Of a stretch of DNA of 64,000 nt, positions 10,626 through 20,836 are shown one piece after another. The notes beneath the pieces are model-generated. The model searched no databases, had not been told where the DNA came from, and saw only the letters and a list, made by a program, of their open reading frames with translations. How positions within the stretch are numbered: the stretch's first letter is position 1; every line of letters starts with the position of its first letter. Position numbers and translations under genes: made by a program. The DNA lies in IMG/VR virus record IMGVR_UViG_3300045051_000720, positions 124,001 through 188,000 of that record; one strand, given 5' to 3'.

Positions 10626-11318
10626 ATGACCAAACCCTACTGCTACCACACCCCCGCGGAGGTCCGTGAGTCGGGCCTTCTCTCTGGTCGCATTGACGCC
10701 ATCGAGGCCGAGATCGAGTCCCGCATCTCCGAGCCGCGCACAGCCGATGGTAAGGTCATTACCAGTGCCAAGCTGGCGGCGTTTCCAGACGGCACGCTTC
10801 TGCTCTACCCCCGCATGGACCACGACCCTGAGGGTCGCTACATCCGGCGCGAGCTGATGGCGGCAGTGCTCACCCCCGACGAGTTAAAACTGGTCAACGA
10901 CCATTGTCTCAGCGCGCAGAGCGCGGCGCGTGATTTGGCGCGGCTGGAAAAGGCGACCAAGCTGGACCACTGGGATGGGTGGGTCACAGATGGGGATGGG
11001 TTCTGGGACTCGGTCGAGAGCTATCTCGACGAGAAGGGTGACGAGATCGAAACCGGCGCGGAGGAGGCGGTACCGCTATACCTGTGGGTCGCCGTACCCC
11101 AACAGGTTGTACCCCACCTTGACGTGGCGGGTGTGGTCGAGCATTGGATTGACGATCGGGGATGGGAAGACTGCGACCTCGGCGCGTTCGAGGGAGTCGA
11201 AACCCTCCAAGCCGCACTGGATGCCTTTGTGCAGGCCAATGCCAAGGTGGTGTCGTACAGCTCCGATTACACACGCGCCGTGATGCTCAACAGCTATCTT
11301 GCCCATGACCCTCGCTGA
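10626..11318 (+). CDS. Hypothetical acidic phage protein
   Basis: Start at the ATGA overlap (MTKPYCYH); the upstream in-frame extension in the ORF track overlaps the previous gene. Confidence 0.7.
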   Translation: MTKPYCYHTPAEVRESGLLSGRIDAIEAEIESRISEPRTADGKVITSAKLAAFPDGTLLLYPRMDHDPEGRYIRRELMAAVLTPDELKLVNDHCLSAQSAARDLARLEKATKLDHWDGWVTDGDGFWDSVESYLDEKGDEIETGAEEAVPLYLWVAVPQQVVPHLDVAGVVEHWIDDRGWEDCDLGAFEGVETLQAALDAFVQANAKVVSYSSDYTRAVMLNSYLAHDPR

Positions 11319-11919
11319 ACGCTGCTTCGACCGTTCGCTCGCCGACGATGAGTTGTTTGATACCCTCCAAACCCTCCTTGGGGGATTGTCAACCGATCAG
11401 TGCCTCGAACCCGGCTTTGAGTGGCGGGTGACAGATTGCTGGGTGGACCCGTATGACGGGTCGGTGGAGATCGTCATACCGGAGGGACAGTCTGGGCTGA
11501 CGCGCGAGACCGCAGACAAGGTTCTCGCGTTGGGATTCGACATGGTCTACGAGAACCCACCCGCGCAAGAGAGAGCGATCGTATGGACCACTGGCGACGC
11601 GAGTTGGGCCGCCAACAAGTGGCGTGCGACCAGTGACAGGTGGGAGATAGCCAAGCTGCGCGCCCAACAGGAGGGGACCATCACCATCCCCACCGCCCCG
11701 CCGCGCGAACTGCTGGTCAGCATGGCGATGCGATTGTATCACGATTTCGGCATCGACCGTGACCCCGAGACTGATGGTGCCATCTACGGAGGCTGGTCTC
11801 CGGCCGAGCGCGAGGCTGTGCTTATCGAGATGGCTCAGCTCTATGAAGAGGTTGCCGGCAAGGGGTTCTATCAGTGGGATGGGGAACCCAACCAGCGTGA
11901 CGGCCTTTACAACCTATGA
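11305..11919 (+). CDS. Hypothetical protein
   Basis: Overlaps the upstream stop and is ATGA-coupled to the next gene. Confidence 0.7.
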   Translation: MTLAERCFDRSLADDELFDTLQTLLGGLSTDQCLEPGFEWRVTDCWVDPYDGSVEIVIPEGQSGLTRETADKVLALGFDMVYENPPAQERAIVWTTGDASWAANKWRATSDRWEIAKLRAQQEGTITIPTAPPRELLVSMAMRLYHDFGIDRDPETDGAIYGGWSPAEREAVLIEMAQLYEEVAGKGFYQWDGEPNQRDGLYNL

Positions 11920-12710
11920 GTCGCGTACCCCGATCGTTAGTAGAGTTGTTAGCCATGCCCGCGCCCCATGCGACCCATATCGTCGAGGCGTCGGCCGATG
12001 AACCGCGCTTCAGTATCAAGGCCGGCGACCGTTTCGAGGCTTATCCCTATGTCATGGACCCAACCGACAAATGGGTGTTGGTGCGTCGTGTGAGTGATGG
12101 TTATGAGCCCCACTGTACCGCCTATCGCAGTCAAGTCAAGATCGTTTCACGCTTATGACCCAACGCTATATCCTCGACATCGATCCCAACTGTTGCTATG
12201 TTCTCGTCCCGGTAGAACACCGCCGCAAATGGTTGCGGTGGGTCAGCGCGAACGATCAAAACGCCGACTACACCCTGCCCGCCTACGCGATCCCTCTGCG
12301 CGGCCGGTGTCGGGGTGATGGCTCGGCGGTGACGTTCACGGACCCGGCTGACCTCAAAGGCAATCCCCTCACATGATCCCCGATACCCTCATCACCAAGC
12401 CCGGGCGGGTTGCCCGTCTCTGTCAGAACCAACGATTGCTCACCAAACTGGCCGACCAGATTGGCGAGGCCCTGATGAAGGGGGATTGGTTGGCCATTGA
12501 GGGACTGGCTGATCAGGTCGTGGTCGTGGGCAACGACCTCGGCCTCGACGCCTATGAGGTAGACAAGGTCGAGAGGGGGGCGCGGTGAGCATGATGCCCT
12601 GTCTTTGTCTCACATTATAGCATTACCGTAACTCGTTTGGATGGCTAGACTTATATCGTATCCATCCGCTTTGTGTATCACAATATGTTCTTGTCGGTGT
12701 ATAGCGTGAT

Positions 12711-13682
12711 ATGCCACGCAAACGTGAGCGTTTTATCAAATGTGTTTACCTCGTCGGGTTCAAAGGTACACACAAGGTGTACATCGGGTCTAGCACACGT
12801 TGGCCATACCGGGCACGCGAACATCGCACAAATTTGCGTTTGGGTAAGCATCATAACGTCTATCTTCAACGCGCATATGCCGTCTACGGTCCTGAGGTAT
12901 GGGTTGAGGAATTAGAGCGTTTTGACGATGTGATAGCGATGCGCTACGGCGAACAAAAATGGATGGCTTTCTACCATAGTGACGACTCGAACTACGGTTA
13001 CAATCTTGTCCCAGAGGTAGTCAAATTCGGGACCTGTGGTTATCAATATACCCAAGCACAACGCACCGCGATGAGTCAGAAAAACAAAGAGAGGATGCAA
13101 GATTCAAAGGCTCGCCAAAAGGTGGCTAGTGGAGTTGCTCGCGTGTGGCGATACCAACCAGAGGTTTATCTTCAGAATCGAGTCGCGGCCAAAGAGTATG
13201 ATCTTTACGATCCGGAGGGATGCCGCGTGCATATCTGTGATCTTGGTCGATTTTGTCGAGAGCGCGGCTTGGTTTACGAAAAAATGTATAAGGTCGCTTC
13301 GGGGGTACGGATTGAATATGAAGGGTGGAAGCTGTATCCTGACCGTAAGAACAAGGTGAAGAAACCTTATGCGCTTATTAGCCCGTGGGGCGAGCGTTTT
13401 GAGGGCGTCGGGCTGCGCGCGTTCGCACTAAAGATGGGTTTACATCCTCGTACTATCGCCCTCGTCGTTCAAAAGCGAGTTAAGACGCACAAAGGATGGC
13501 GATGCGCTGACGTATCCGCCGATTGCGCTTTGGCCCATAAGGGACGCGACTATACGCTTATTGGTCCGTCAGGTGAGGAGATTCGTATCAATAACCTCAC
13601 GGCCTATTGCCGTAAGCACGGTTTATCATATGATATTATTCGCCACGGTGGACTGTCCCGGGGGTGGAAACGTAAAGAATGA
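12711..13682 (+). CDS. GIY-YIG homing endonuclease with three C-terminal DNA-binding repeats
   Basis: VYLVGFKGTHKVYIGSS..R..H, GYNL; three Y.L..P.G..L..FC...GL..GW repeats; looks AT-richer than flanks. Confidence 0.9.
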   Translation: MPRKRERFIKCVYLVGFKGTHKVYIGSSTRWPYRAREHRTNLRLGKHHNVYLQRAYAVYGPEVWVEELERFDDVIAMRYGEQKWMAFYHSDDSNYGYNLVPEVVKFGTCGYQYTQAQRTAMSQKNKERMQDSKARQKVASGVARVWRYQPEVYLQNRVAAKEYDLYDPEGCRVHICDLGRFCRERGLVYEKMYKVASGVRIEYEGWKLYPDRKNKVKKPYALISPWGERFEGVGLRAFALKMGLHPRTIALVVQKRVKTHKGWRCADVSADCALAHKGRDYTLIGPSGEEIRINNLTAYCRKHGLSYDIIRHGGLSRGWKRKE

Positions 13683-14458
13683 GCATACTACCGATATTCA
13701 CGTCTCACTACAGTGTCGGACATTCACTTCTCACCCTAGAGGAGCCCGGCAAGGGGAAGGCTGGCGGTCCCGTTAGTGTGTTTGACCTCGCACAAAGCGT
13801 TGGGCTGAAGGAGGTTGTGCTCGTTGACGGGAGACCTGACGGCTTTGTACAGGCCTATAAGGTGTCGACCAAGATGGGGGTCAAGCTGTGCTTCGGGATC
13901 AAGATGGTCGTTTGCGCCAACGCGGAGGACAAAAGCGATGACAGTCTCAGGTCGGAGTCGAAGGCTGTTGTGTTTGCGCGCGATACGGAGGGGTACCACA
14001 AGCTGGTGTCTGTCTGGAACCGTGCCAGCACGGCGGGTTTTTACTACTCGGCCCGCACGTCGTGGGCGTGGCTCAAGGAGCAGTGGTCGGATCATCTCTT
14101 GCTCGCTCTCCCGTGGGCATCGAGCTTCATCGCGCGCAACACGCTGACCTTTAACGCGATTGTTCCCACCCTCCCGGCCGCGCCTTGGGTGTTCAAGGAG
14201 ACTGATACGGATCTGCCCTTCGCCCGCCTCATCGACGCCGCGATAGACCGGTACGTGGCCGACACACCCGGCGCGCAGGTGGTGCCGATGAAGTCAATCT
14301 ACTACGCCCGTGATGAGGACCTGAAGCCCTACGTGGTGCTCCGTGCGATCCACAACAGGGCCACCTTCGAGAGACCCAAGGTGGACCACCTCAGCTCATG
14401 CGCTTTTTCCTTCCAACGCTGGAGGACCCTATGCCAACCCACACCCTCAACGGCGTAA
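13679..14458 (+). CDS. Stand-alone PHP domain of DNA polymerase III alpha
   Basis: FTSHYSVGHSLLTL, VVLVDG, KLCFGIKM, VVFARDTEGYHKL resemble the DnaE N-terminal PHP domain. Confidence 0.8.
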   Translation: MSILPIFTSHYSVGHSLLTLEEPGKGKAGGPVSVFDLAQSVGLKEVVLVDGRPDGFVQAYKVSTKMGVKLCFGIKMVVCANAEDKSDDSLRSESKAVVFARDTEGYHKLVSVWNRASTAGFYYSARTSWAWLKEQWSDHLLLALPWASSFIARNTLTFNAIVPTLPAAPWVFKETDTDLPFARLIDAAIDRYVADTPGAQVVPMKSIYYARDEDLKPYVVLRAIHNRATFERPKVDHLSSCAFSFQRWRTLCQPTPSTA

Positions 14459-14646
14459 CCTTTTCGCGCGACACCTTCATCACGTACTACGTGGCGGCGT
14501 GGCTGGCGTCGTGGTCTTCGCAAGTGAGGTTCACCGACCACCCCTATCTGAAACCGCACGCGTTCGTCCAGCCGGCAGATGAAGCCCTGCTATGCGCCGA
14601 GGCCGCGTGGGAGGCTCTGGTCGGGTTTCGGTCTGATGCGTCATGA
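14431..14646 (+). CDS. Hypothetical protein
   Basis: GGAGG before ATG; coupled to the next gene. Confidence 0.6.
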   Translation: MPTHTLNGVTFSRDTFITYYVAAWLASWSSQVRFTDHPYLKPHAFVQPADEALLCAEAAWEALVGFRSDAS

Positions 14647-14924
14647 CCGATTTCACTCGTGAGCCGCGCCAGTACGAAGATCCCTCTCAGCTGGTCTTCC
14701 CGCCCGAGCTACTCGCCAAGGCGATCTCAGCCAAGCCCTGTCGTCACCCCCGCACCGCGCGCCGGGTGGGTCCACGCATCCCCGCGCGTTACGGCTCATG
14801 GGCGACCGAGATGTGTTCGCGCTGCATGAGCTGGCGGTACGATCGGGGTGGATGCAAGGGCGATCGGTTCTGGCGCGGGCTGGACGAGATGGTAAGGTTG
14901 CTCCACCGCGAGGATGAGGATTGA
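14643..14924 (+). CDS. Hypothetical protein with C.H..C..C motif
   Basis: ATGA-coupled ORF. Confidence 0.6.
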   Translation: MTDFTREPRQYEDPSQLVFPPELLAKAISAKPCRHPRTARRVGPRIPARYGSWATEMCSRCMSWRYDRGGCKGDRFWRGLDEMVRLLHREDED

Positions 14925-14949
14925 CATGGGTGGTCAACGTGGCTATGAT
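14921..14949 (+). promoter_or_regulatory. Promoter with TTGAC-N7-GTCAA palindrome
   Basis: TTGACA-17-TATGAT; 6 nt later an 11-codon mini-ORF (14956-14991) ends GTGA-coupled to the exonuclease start. Confidence 0.75.
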
Positions 14950-14987
14950 GAGGTGATGACGCCCTGTGAACAGATGGAGGAGACGCA

Positions 14988-15641
14988 GTGATCGGCAGTG
15001 GTCTCACCCGCTATAGCGACGAGGTCTTTCTTTGCTGGGACACCGAGTCGTGCCATCCATCGCTTAATCTTGCTTACGCGCGCCCGTGGGAGCTGACCTA
15101 CGCTCTCGCCACGCTCAAGGGTGGGATTCAATCCATTCATACCCACCTGATCCGCTGGCCCAACATGGTGCTGACGGAGGACAATCCTTCCCTCGCCCAC
15201 TTTGATCCCGTCCGCTACGAACGCGAGGCGCGCGACCCGCGCGAGGTGTACGGAGAGTTCGGCCCGCTCCTGCGCAAGCATCGCTCGGTGTTTCACGGGG
15301 GGTTGGGGTTCGACGTGTACGTCGAGGGCGTCTGGCGGCGCGAGATCGGGCTGCGCGCCGACTATGAGTGGCTGCGCAATCCGGGGTGTCTGGACACCAA
15401 CTGCCTGTCCAAGGCGCTAAAGGGTCAGTGGACCCCCGACACCAGTTCGCCCGAGGCGTTTCTCGCGTGGCAGTATCGGGCTTATCATACCTTTCTCCCC
15501 AAAGGCACCAAGACCAAGTTGGGCGATATGTGCGTTGAGCTAGGTATCGAGTTTGATGCCAAGCAGGCGCACGGGGCCGAATATGACGTTACCCGCACGA
15601 TGGCCCTGCTCAAGGAGCTTGTGTTCAAGATCGAGGTATGA
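14988..15641 (+). CDS. DEDDh 3'-5' exonuclease (DnaQ/epsilon-like)
   Basis: WDTES, FHGGLGFD, LDT, HGAEYDV; GGAGG upstream of GTG; coupled to dnaE. Confidence 0.85.
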   Translation: MIGSGLTRYSDEVFLCWDTESCHPSLNLAYARPWELTYALATLKGGIQSIHTHLIRWPNMVLTEDNPSLAHFDPVRYEREARDPREVYGEFGPLLRKHRSVFHGGLGFDVYVEGVWRREIGLRADYEWLRNPGCLDTNCLSKALKGQWTPDTSSPEAFLAWQYRAYHTFLPKGTKTKLGDMCVELGIEFDAKQAHGAEYDVTRTMALLKELVFKIEV

Positions 15642-18184
15642 CCGCCTTCACTAGCCAGTTCACCCCGCTCGCGTTCCCCCATTTCGGGATGGTCAAGCTA
15701 CCATCCATCACGATCACACCTGAGCAGAAGGCCTCGGTCGGTCTTCCTGCCACCGCGACCAATCAAGCGTTCCTGCTCGCCTTGGCGCGGGCGGGGTATA
15801 CCAAACGGGAGGCGGTCATCCCTGTTCAGCGACGTAAAGAATATGGTGATCGGGTTAAACGCGAGCTGGCGACGTTCGAGGAGCTTGGGTTCACGGACTA
15901 CGTGTTGCTGGTCTGGCTGGTCATCAACAAGGCGCGCGAGCTGGGGGTGTTCATAGATTACGGAAGAGGCTCGTGCGCTGGGAGTTGCGTTTTTTGGCTG
16001 CTTGGCATCACGGGCGTCGATCCCATTGCCAAGCGCCTCCTCTTCGAGCGGTTCGTCTCGCGCGTGCGCTCCAAGAAACAGGTCATCGACGGCGAGACCT
16101 ACCTCCAAGGCGACCTGATTGCCGACGCCGACCTCAACCTCGGCACCGGTCTTGACCAGATCGTGGCGTGGCTGGAGACCCTCTACCCCGGCGCGGTGTG
16201 TAAGATCGTGACCCACGGCACCCTCAAGGGCAAGGTGCTCATCAACGACGTGTACAAGACCATGGAGGGGGCCTCGCAGGAGGAGTCGCAGCGCATCTCG
16301 GGGATGGTCGAAACCAAGTACGGGGTGGTTGAGGATGTGGCAGACGCCTACGAGAAACACCCCGACTTCAAGCAGTGGGCCGACAAGCACAAGGAGACCT
16401 ACGAGGTATGCCTGCGCCTGCGTGATCTGATCCGCCAGAGCGGTGTGCACGCCAGCGGCTACGTACTCTCCGCGCGCCCCTTCGATGGCTTTCTCCCCAT
16501 CCAGCTGAGCAAGGACAAGGAGATCATCTCGTGCTACGAGATGGAGGACGTGTGCAACTACGCCGTCAAGCTGGACCTACTCGGACTCATCACCAACAAG
16601 GTCGTCAAGGAGGTGATCGACGCGACGGGGGTGGACATCACCACGCTTAATCTCGACTCCGACCCGTTCATCTACGACCGTTTTCAAGATGGCAAGCTGC
16701 TCCCGTGGGGGCTATATCAGATCTCGGCGGACTGCGCATATGGCGTGACTGCCGCCATCAAGCCCAAGAACATATTCGAGCTGAGCGACGTGAACGCTAT
16801 AGCCCGCCCGGGAGCCCTAGCGTACCTCTCGGGCTACGTCGAGAACAAGGCGCAGTGCCCGCACCCGGTCTTCGAGACCATCCTCAAGCCGACGCGCTTT
16901 TATTGCTTATATCAGGAACAAATGATGCATATGGCTGTGGCTGTGGGGTTTACATTGGATGAGGCCGAGATCCTGCGCAAGATCGTGGGCAAGAAGCAGG
17001 TCGAGAAGGTCAAGGAGTGGAAGGACAAGATCTACGCGCGCGTGGCGCAGAGCAACCTGCCCGCCAATCTGGGCGACATCCTGTGGAAGATCCTTGAGGA
17101 CAGCGCGTCGTACTCGTTCAATCTGTCGCACTCCCTCTCCACGAGCTACCTGACCGCCCTCACGGTCTACCTCAAGTACCGCTACCCGAAGGAGTTCATG
17201 TGCGCGTGCTTGAACGCCGCCAAGGACATTGATGAGCGTCGTCAGATCGGGCAGGAGCTGGGCCAGTTGGGTATCAAGATCCTCCCCGCCGACATCATCA
17301 AGTCGCGCCCGCGCTTCACCATCGAGGGCGATGGTATCCGCTATGGGTTGGAAGCGGTGCGCGGCGTCAAGAGTTATGCCGACAAGCTGGGGTCGTTCAA
17401 CCGCGTGTTCGAGTCCAAGTTCACCATCTTCGAGGTTGCCAAGGCGGCCAAGATCAACATCTCGGTCCTGACCTCGCTCATCTACGCGGGTTGCCTCGAC
17501 TCCATCATCTATGATGGCTCATCCCGCGCCAAGCTCGCGCTGGAGGCCCAGCTTTACAACCTCTTGACACCCAACGAGAAGGTGCTCGCCAAACGGTATG
17601 CCGACGAGTACAAAGACGACCTGCTCGCGCTGGTGAGGGGTATCGGCGAGAAGAAGAACGAGAAGGGCAAACCGCTGATCCAGCCATCGCGCATGACGAC
17701 GCTACGTCGGGACTACGCCCCGTGTTGGGAGCAGTACACTGCCAACGCCAAGAACGAGCTGCTCACGAGCTACGTGATGGAGCGCCACCTGTTGGGCTTC
17801 TCTTACTCCGCCACGCTCCATGGGTGCTATGCGTCGCGCATACCAACCCTCATCCCCCTCAAGGACATCGCCCAACACAAGGGCACCAAGGAGGTCTTCA
17901 AGTGCGTGGCTATCGTTGAAGAGGGGAAGGTACACATCAGCCAAAAAGGTGCGCCCTATTATCGGGCAGACGTGTTTGACGACGACACCAGTGCGCGCAT
18001 CATGCTGCATGGAGCAGAAAGAGTCGAGTCGTGCAAGGGGTATAACGGCGACCTCCCCAAGGCCGGTGACATCATCACCCTCACGGGCCAGCTATCCGCG
18101 GATGGCAAGATGATCTTCGCCGATAACATCGTCGTGCAGCCCGCGCTCGTCAAACTCAAGAAGACCGACGCCCCCGAGATATGA
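15638..18184 (+). CDS. dnaE: DNA polymerase III alpha subunit (family C) lacking the PHP domain
   Basis: GRGSCAGS, ADADLN catalytic aspartates, GVHASG, KLDLLGL, ARPG, LYQEQMM, SYSFNLSHS..YLKYRYP; C-terminal OB fold. Confidence 0.93.
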   Translation: MTAFTSQFTPLAFPHFGMVKLPSITITPEQKASVGLPATATNQAFLLALARAGYTKREAVIPVQRRKEYGDRVKRELATFEELGFTDYVLLVWLVINKARELGVFIDYGRGSCAGSCVFWLLGITGVDPIAKRLLFERFVSRVRSKKQVIDGETYLQGDLIADADLNLGTGLDQIVAWLETLYPGAVCKIVTHGTLKGKVLINDVYKTMEGASQEESQRISGMVETKYGVVEDVADAYEKHPDFKQWADKHKETYEVCLRLRDLIRQSGVHASGYVLSARPFDGFLPIQLSKDKEIISCYEMEDVCNYAVKLDLLGLITNKVVKEVIDATGVDITTLNLDSDPFIYDRFQDGKLLPWGLYQISADCAYGVTAAIKPKNIFELSDVNAIARPGALAYLSGYVENKAQCPHPVFETILKPTRFYCLYQEQMMHMAVAVGFTLDEAEILRKIVGKKQVEKVKEWKDKIYARVAQSNLPANLGDILWKILEDSASYSFNLSHSLSTSYLTALTVYLKYRYPKEFMCACLNAAKDIDERRQIGQELGQLGIKILPADIIKSRPRFTIEGDGIRYGLEAVRGVKSYADKLGSFNRVFESKFTIFEVAKAAKINISVLTSLIYAGCLDSIIYDGSSRAKLALEAQLYNLLTPNEKVLAKRYADEYKDDLLALVRGIGEKKNEKGKPLIQPSRMTTLRRDYAPCWEQYTANAKNELLTSYVMERHLLGFSYSATLHGCYASRIPTLIPLKDIAQHKGTKEVFKCVAIVEEGKVHISQKGAPYYRADVFDDDTSARIMLHGAERVESCKGYNGDLPKAGDIITLTGQLSADGKMIFADNIVVQPALVKLKKTDAPEI

Positions 18185-19976
18185 CCCGTCCCACCTTCGT
18201 CACCTGTCAAGACCGCCTCACCCAACTGGTCGCCGAGGACCAGCCCGAGGACTACCTCTTTGACGAGCAACCCATTCGGGTAGGCAACGCCAAGCTGACC
18301 TCCTTCCTCGTTCACTACACCACGCGCGGCGGCGCACCCCGCGAGGCGCGGCTGGTGTTCGGCGGCGATCAGAGGCTGCTCTTCGCCTTCGTCATCGACC
18401 CCGGGATGTGTGGCCACGCGCTAGAGGAAGGCTTCGACGCGCAGAAGGCGGACGAACTGGCCACATTGCGCGTGGACGGGTTGGACGCGGTTGTGGGGTA
18501 CCTGAAGGGACTTGACACGCGCGGCTAACGCGGCTATGATGAGCACATGACCTTCCATCATCCCGTGATCACTCCCGACGCCGACGAGGCGGATGAAAAG
18601 CATTGGCGGCGCACGGCTGTCGGTGAGCAGATCAAATCAGCGTGGCAGGCCTATATCCTGCTTCCCCAACCTCACTGGCGCATCAGTGCCTTCTACACCT
18701 CGGACCGTGAGGTCGTATCCGGGCGTACGTCTTACAGGGCACCAAACAGCCTCAAAGCATGGTGCTCGGTTCTGCCTGAGCTAACGCGCAAGTGGGTGCG
18801 GCGATGGAGGGGGTTGGCGTGAAAAAGCGGGACATCGACACCCTTGTGGGGTATGCCATCCATGACTGGTGGCAGGTTGGTGACTACAGTCTATGTTTAC
18901 GTACCACCGGCCCGTCTGGCGGTGAGGCACATTGGGACATCCAGTTGGACGATGATGGTGGGGGCACCGGCAACGCCAGCCACGCTTATTTTGGCGACAT
19001 TCGTCTAAACGACCTGCTCGGTCACACCATCACCGCCGCGCGCCACGAGGACGAATCGTCCTATGGTGTGCTGTTGATCCTTGAGGCCGGCGATAAACGG
19101 GGGTGTATCCCCATCGTCCACGACCACAACGGGTACTATGGCTTCAGCTATGAGGTCGTGCCTTTCGTGCCATGAAGCAGTACTGCATTGTCTATGACCT
19201 CGACGGCGAGGCTTATGTCATACCCGCCACCAAGCGCAAGGCATGGGACACCTTCTTGGCTATTCCTGTGGACGACGAGCGCAAGGTACCCAAGTGGGCC
19301 GAGCGCATAGATAGCCCACTCTCAATCACCTTGACACGATGACTACCCACGAGTTCGCCCGTTCTCTCCTCGCGCTGCCTGACCTGCCGGTCTTCCATTT
19401 TGATCCCTCCCTCGCCGGGCTGGACGAGGAGATTGATCACTCACTCACCGAGCCCGTGGCCGAGGTGTGTCGCCCTGACCGCTGGGACAAGCGATGGAAG
19501 CCCTTCGTGACCATCAGCTCGGTCGAGGACCGTACGGAAGAGGCGGATGGCATCGACGCGATGCGCGACGACCGCCAGCGGCTCGATTGGGTGTTGGCCA
19601 TCCTCGCCACGCGCGGTACGGATGGGTTGAGAGACATCATCCCGTGGGAACCACCCTGCCCACCTGACCGCGATAGTCTCGACATCGCGATGGGGCGGTG
19701 TCCGACCCCCTAATGGCCGTCGTCGCCGACTTCATCTGCTCGGTGTGTCAGACCAAAAGGCACGAGCTGGTCGTGTGGGGCGAGTACGGCACGGTGTGTG
19801 CGGTCTGTCGGACTGAGCAGGTCAAGGCCGAGTCCTCCGCTAAACGCATGACCCTCAAGGGGTTGACGGCGTTGACGGTTGAGGAGAGGTTGGCGAGGCT
19901 AGAGGCGGAACTGTATGACCTCCCCGCGCTGCGGCGGCGAATCGAGGGTTTGGAAGCGGGTCAGGCTCGGTACTGA
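18181..19976 (+). other. Run of small hypothetical CDSs
   Basis: 18181-18528, 18547-18822 (promoter TTGACA-17-TATGAT at 18512-18540), 18819-19175, 19172-19342, 19339-19713, 19713-19976; all coupled by overlaps. Confidence 0.75.
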
Positions 19977-20019
19977 CGCATCACCCCATCGTGATGCGAC
20001 GATGGGTGTATATCCTCTT

Positions 20020-20790
20020 GGCCACGCGCTCTAGTAGGCGGCGGTGGAGTGTTACCGAGGCGGGAGACATCGAGCTACCGCCAAGTCTACCCCTATAATC
20101 CCCGCCGCGCTGGGTGTATAGTGGACGACGGACTAACACCCGCCGCGAGACACGTGTGTGATAACGCGATACTCGCTATGCCCAATCTCGATGCCGGAAG
20201 TCCCGGAGTGTCGGGCGCAGTTCGACGATGTTCGCAGCGCATATCAATAGACTGTCGGGGTAGCTCCCCTTCACCGCTCGCGACCAGACGGCTTGCTGAA
20301 AGGCAAGTGGCGTTCCTCGGATGACCCTCGCGCGGCTCTGACACGACTGACCTGTCCAGTGATGGATGGGCGAAACGGCTGGTTCGGGCAGTCCTGACTC
20401 GCGCATGGTCTAGTAGGTCGTCCCTGAAGCACCATGCTCACCTCGTCGCCCGGTTAACGGTCACGCTTGTCTTTCGTATCGGCAGGCAGCCACCGCACCC
20501 CAGTTGGGTTTCAAGCCCCTAGAGAGAGGTCGCTGGATGGAAAGGGCGATGTTGCGCCTCACGGTGCAGATGCTGCGGTAGATGTCGGCTAAACCGTTCC
20601 CCGGTCCCGCTTTGCTACGTTGGTCTCCTAGTCTCACCCCTTTTGGGGGTGGTGTCTTTTCCGACCCTAGGACCCAATGTAGCCATCCAGCGCGCCCTTA
20701 CGGGCGAGCAGGGAAGAGGGCTTCCCGTTCAGGGTCTGCCGACCCCTACCCAGCCCCTCAAACCCCAAAGCGGGAGGGTTAAGGCTAGGT
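20020..20790 (+). ncRNA. Candidate large structured non-coding RNA
   Basis: No credible ORF in about 860 nt. Many stems: CTTGCT-GAAA-GGCAAG, CACCCC-TTTT-GGGGGTG, CGCCC-TTAC-GGGCG, GGGAAG-AGGG-CTTCCC, and long-range CGCTGGATGG/CCATCCAGCG. Ends and strand are inferred. Confidence 0.6.
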
Positions 20791-20800
20791 GTGTCCACAC

Positions 20801-20829
20801 TTGACTCTCTCGGTCAACCCGCCTACCCT
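20801..20829 (+). promoter_or_regulatory. Promoter with TTGAC-N7-GTCAA palindrome
   Basis: TTGACT-17-TACCCT, 7 nt before ATG 20837. Confidence 0.75.
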
Positions 20830-20836
20830 AGGGTCT

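Larger units (their letters stand above)
8503..12588 (+). other. Run of small hypothetical phage CDSs
   Basis: Mostly ATGA-coupled ORFs: 8503-8817, 8850-9092 (promoter TTGACT-17-TACTCT at 8814-8842), 9089-9523, 9520-9762, 9759-10097, 10094-10366, 10363-10629, 10626-11318, 11305-11919, 11916-12158, 12155-12376, 12373-12588. Confidence 0.75.

Noticed and set aside
20020-20790. tRNA, tmRNA, RNase P RNA or group I/II intron
   Set aside because: No cloverleaf with a T-loop and CCA, no GAGGAAAGTCC, no domain V or P7 signature, and no interrupted host gene.
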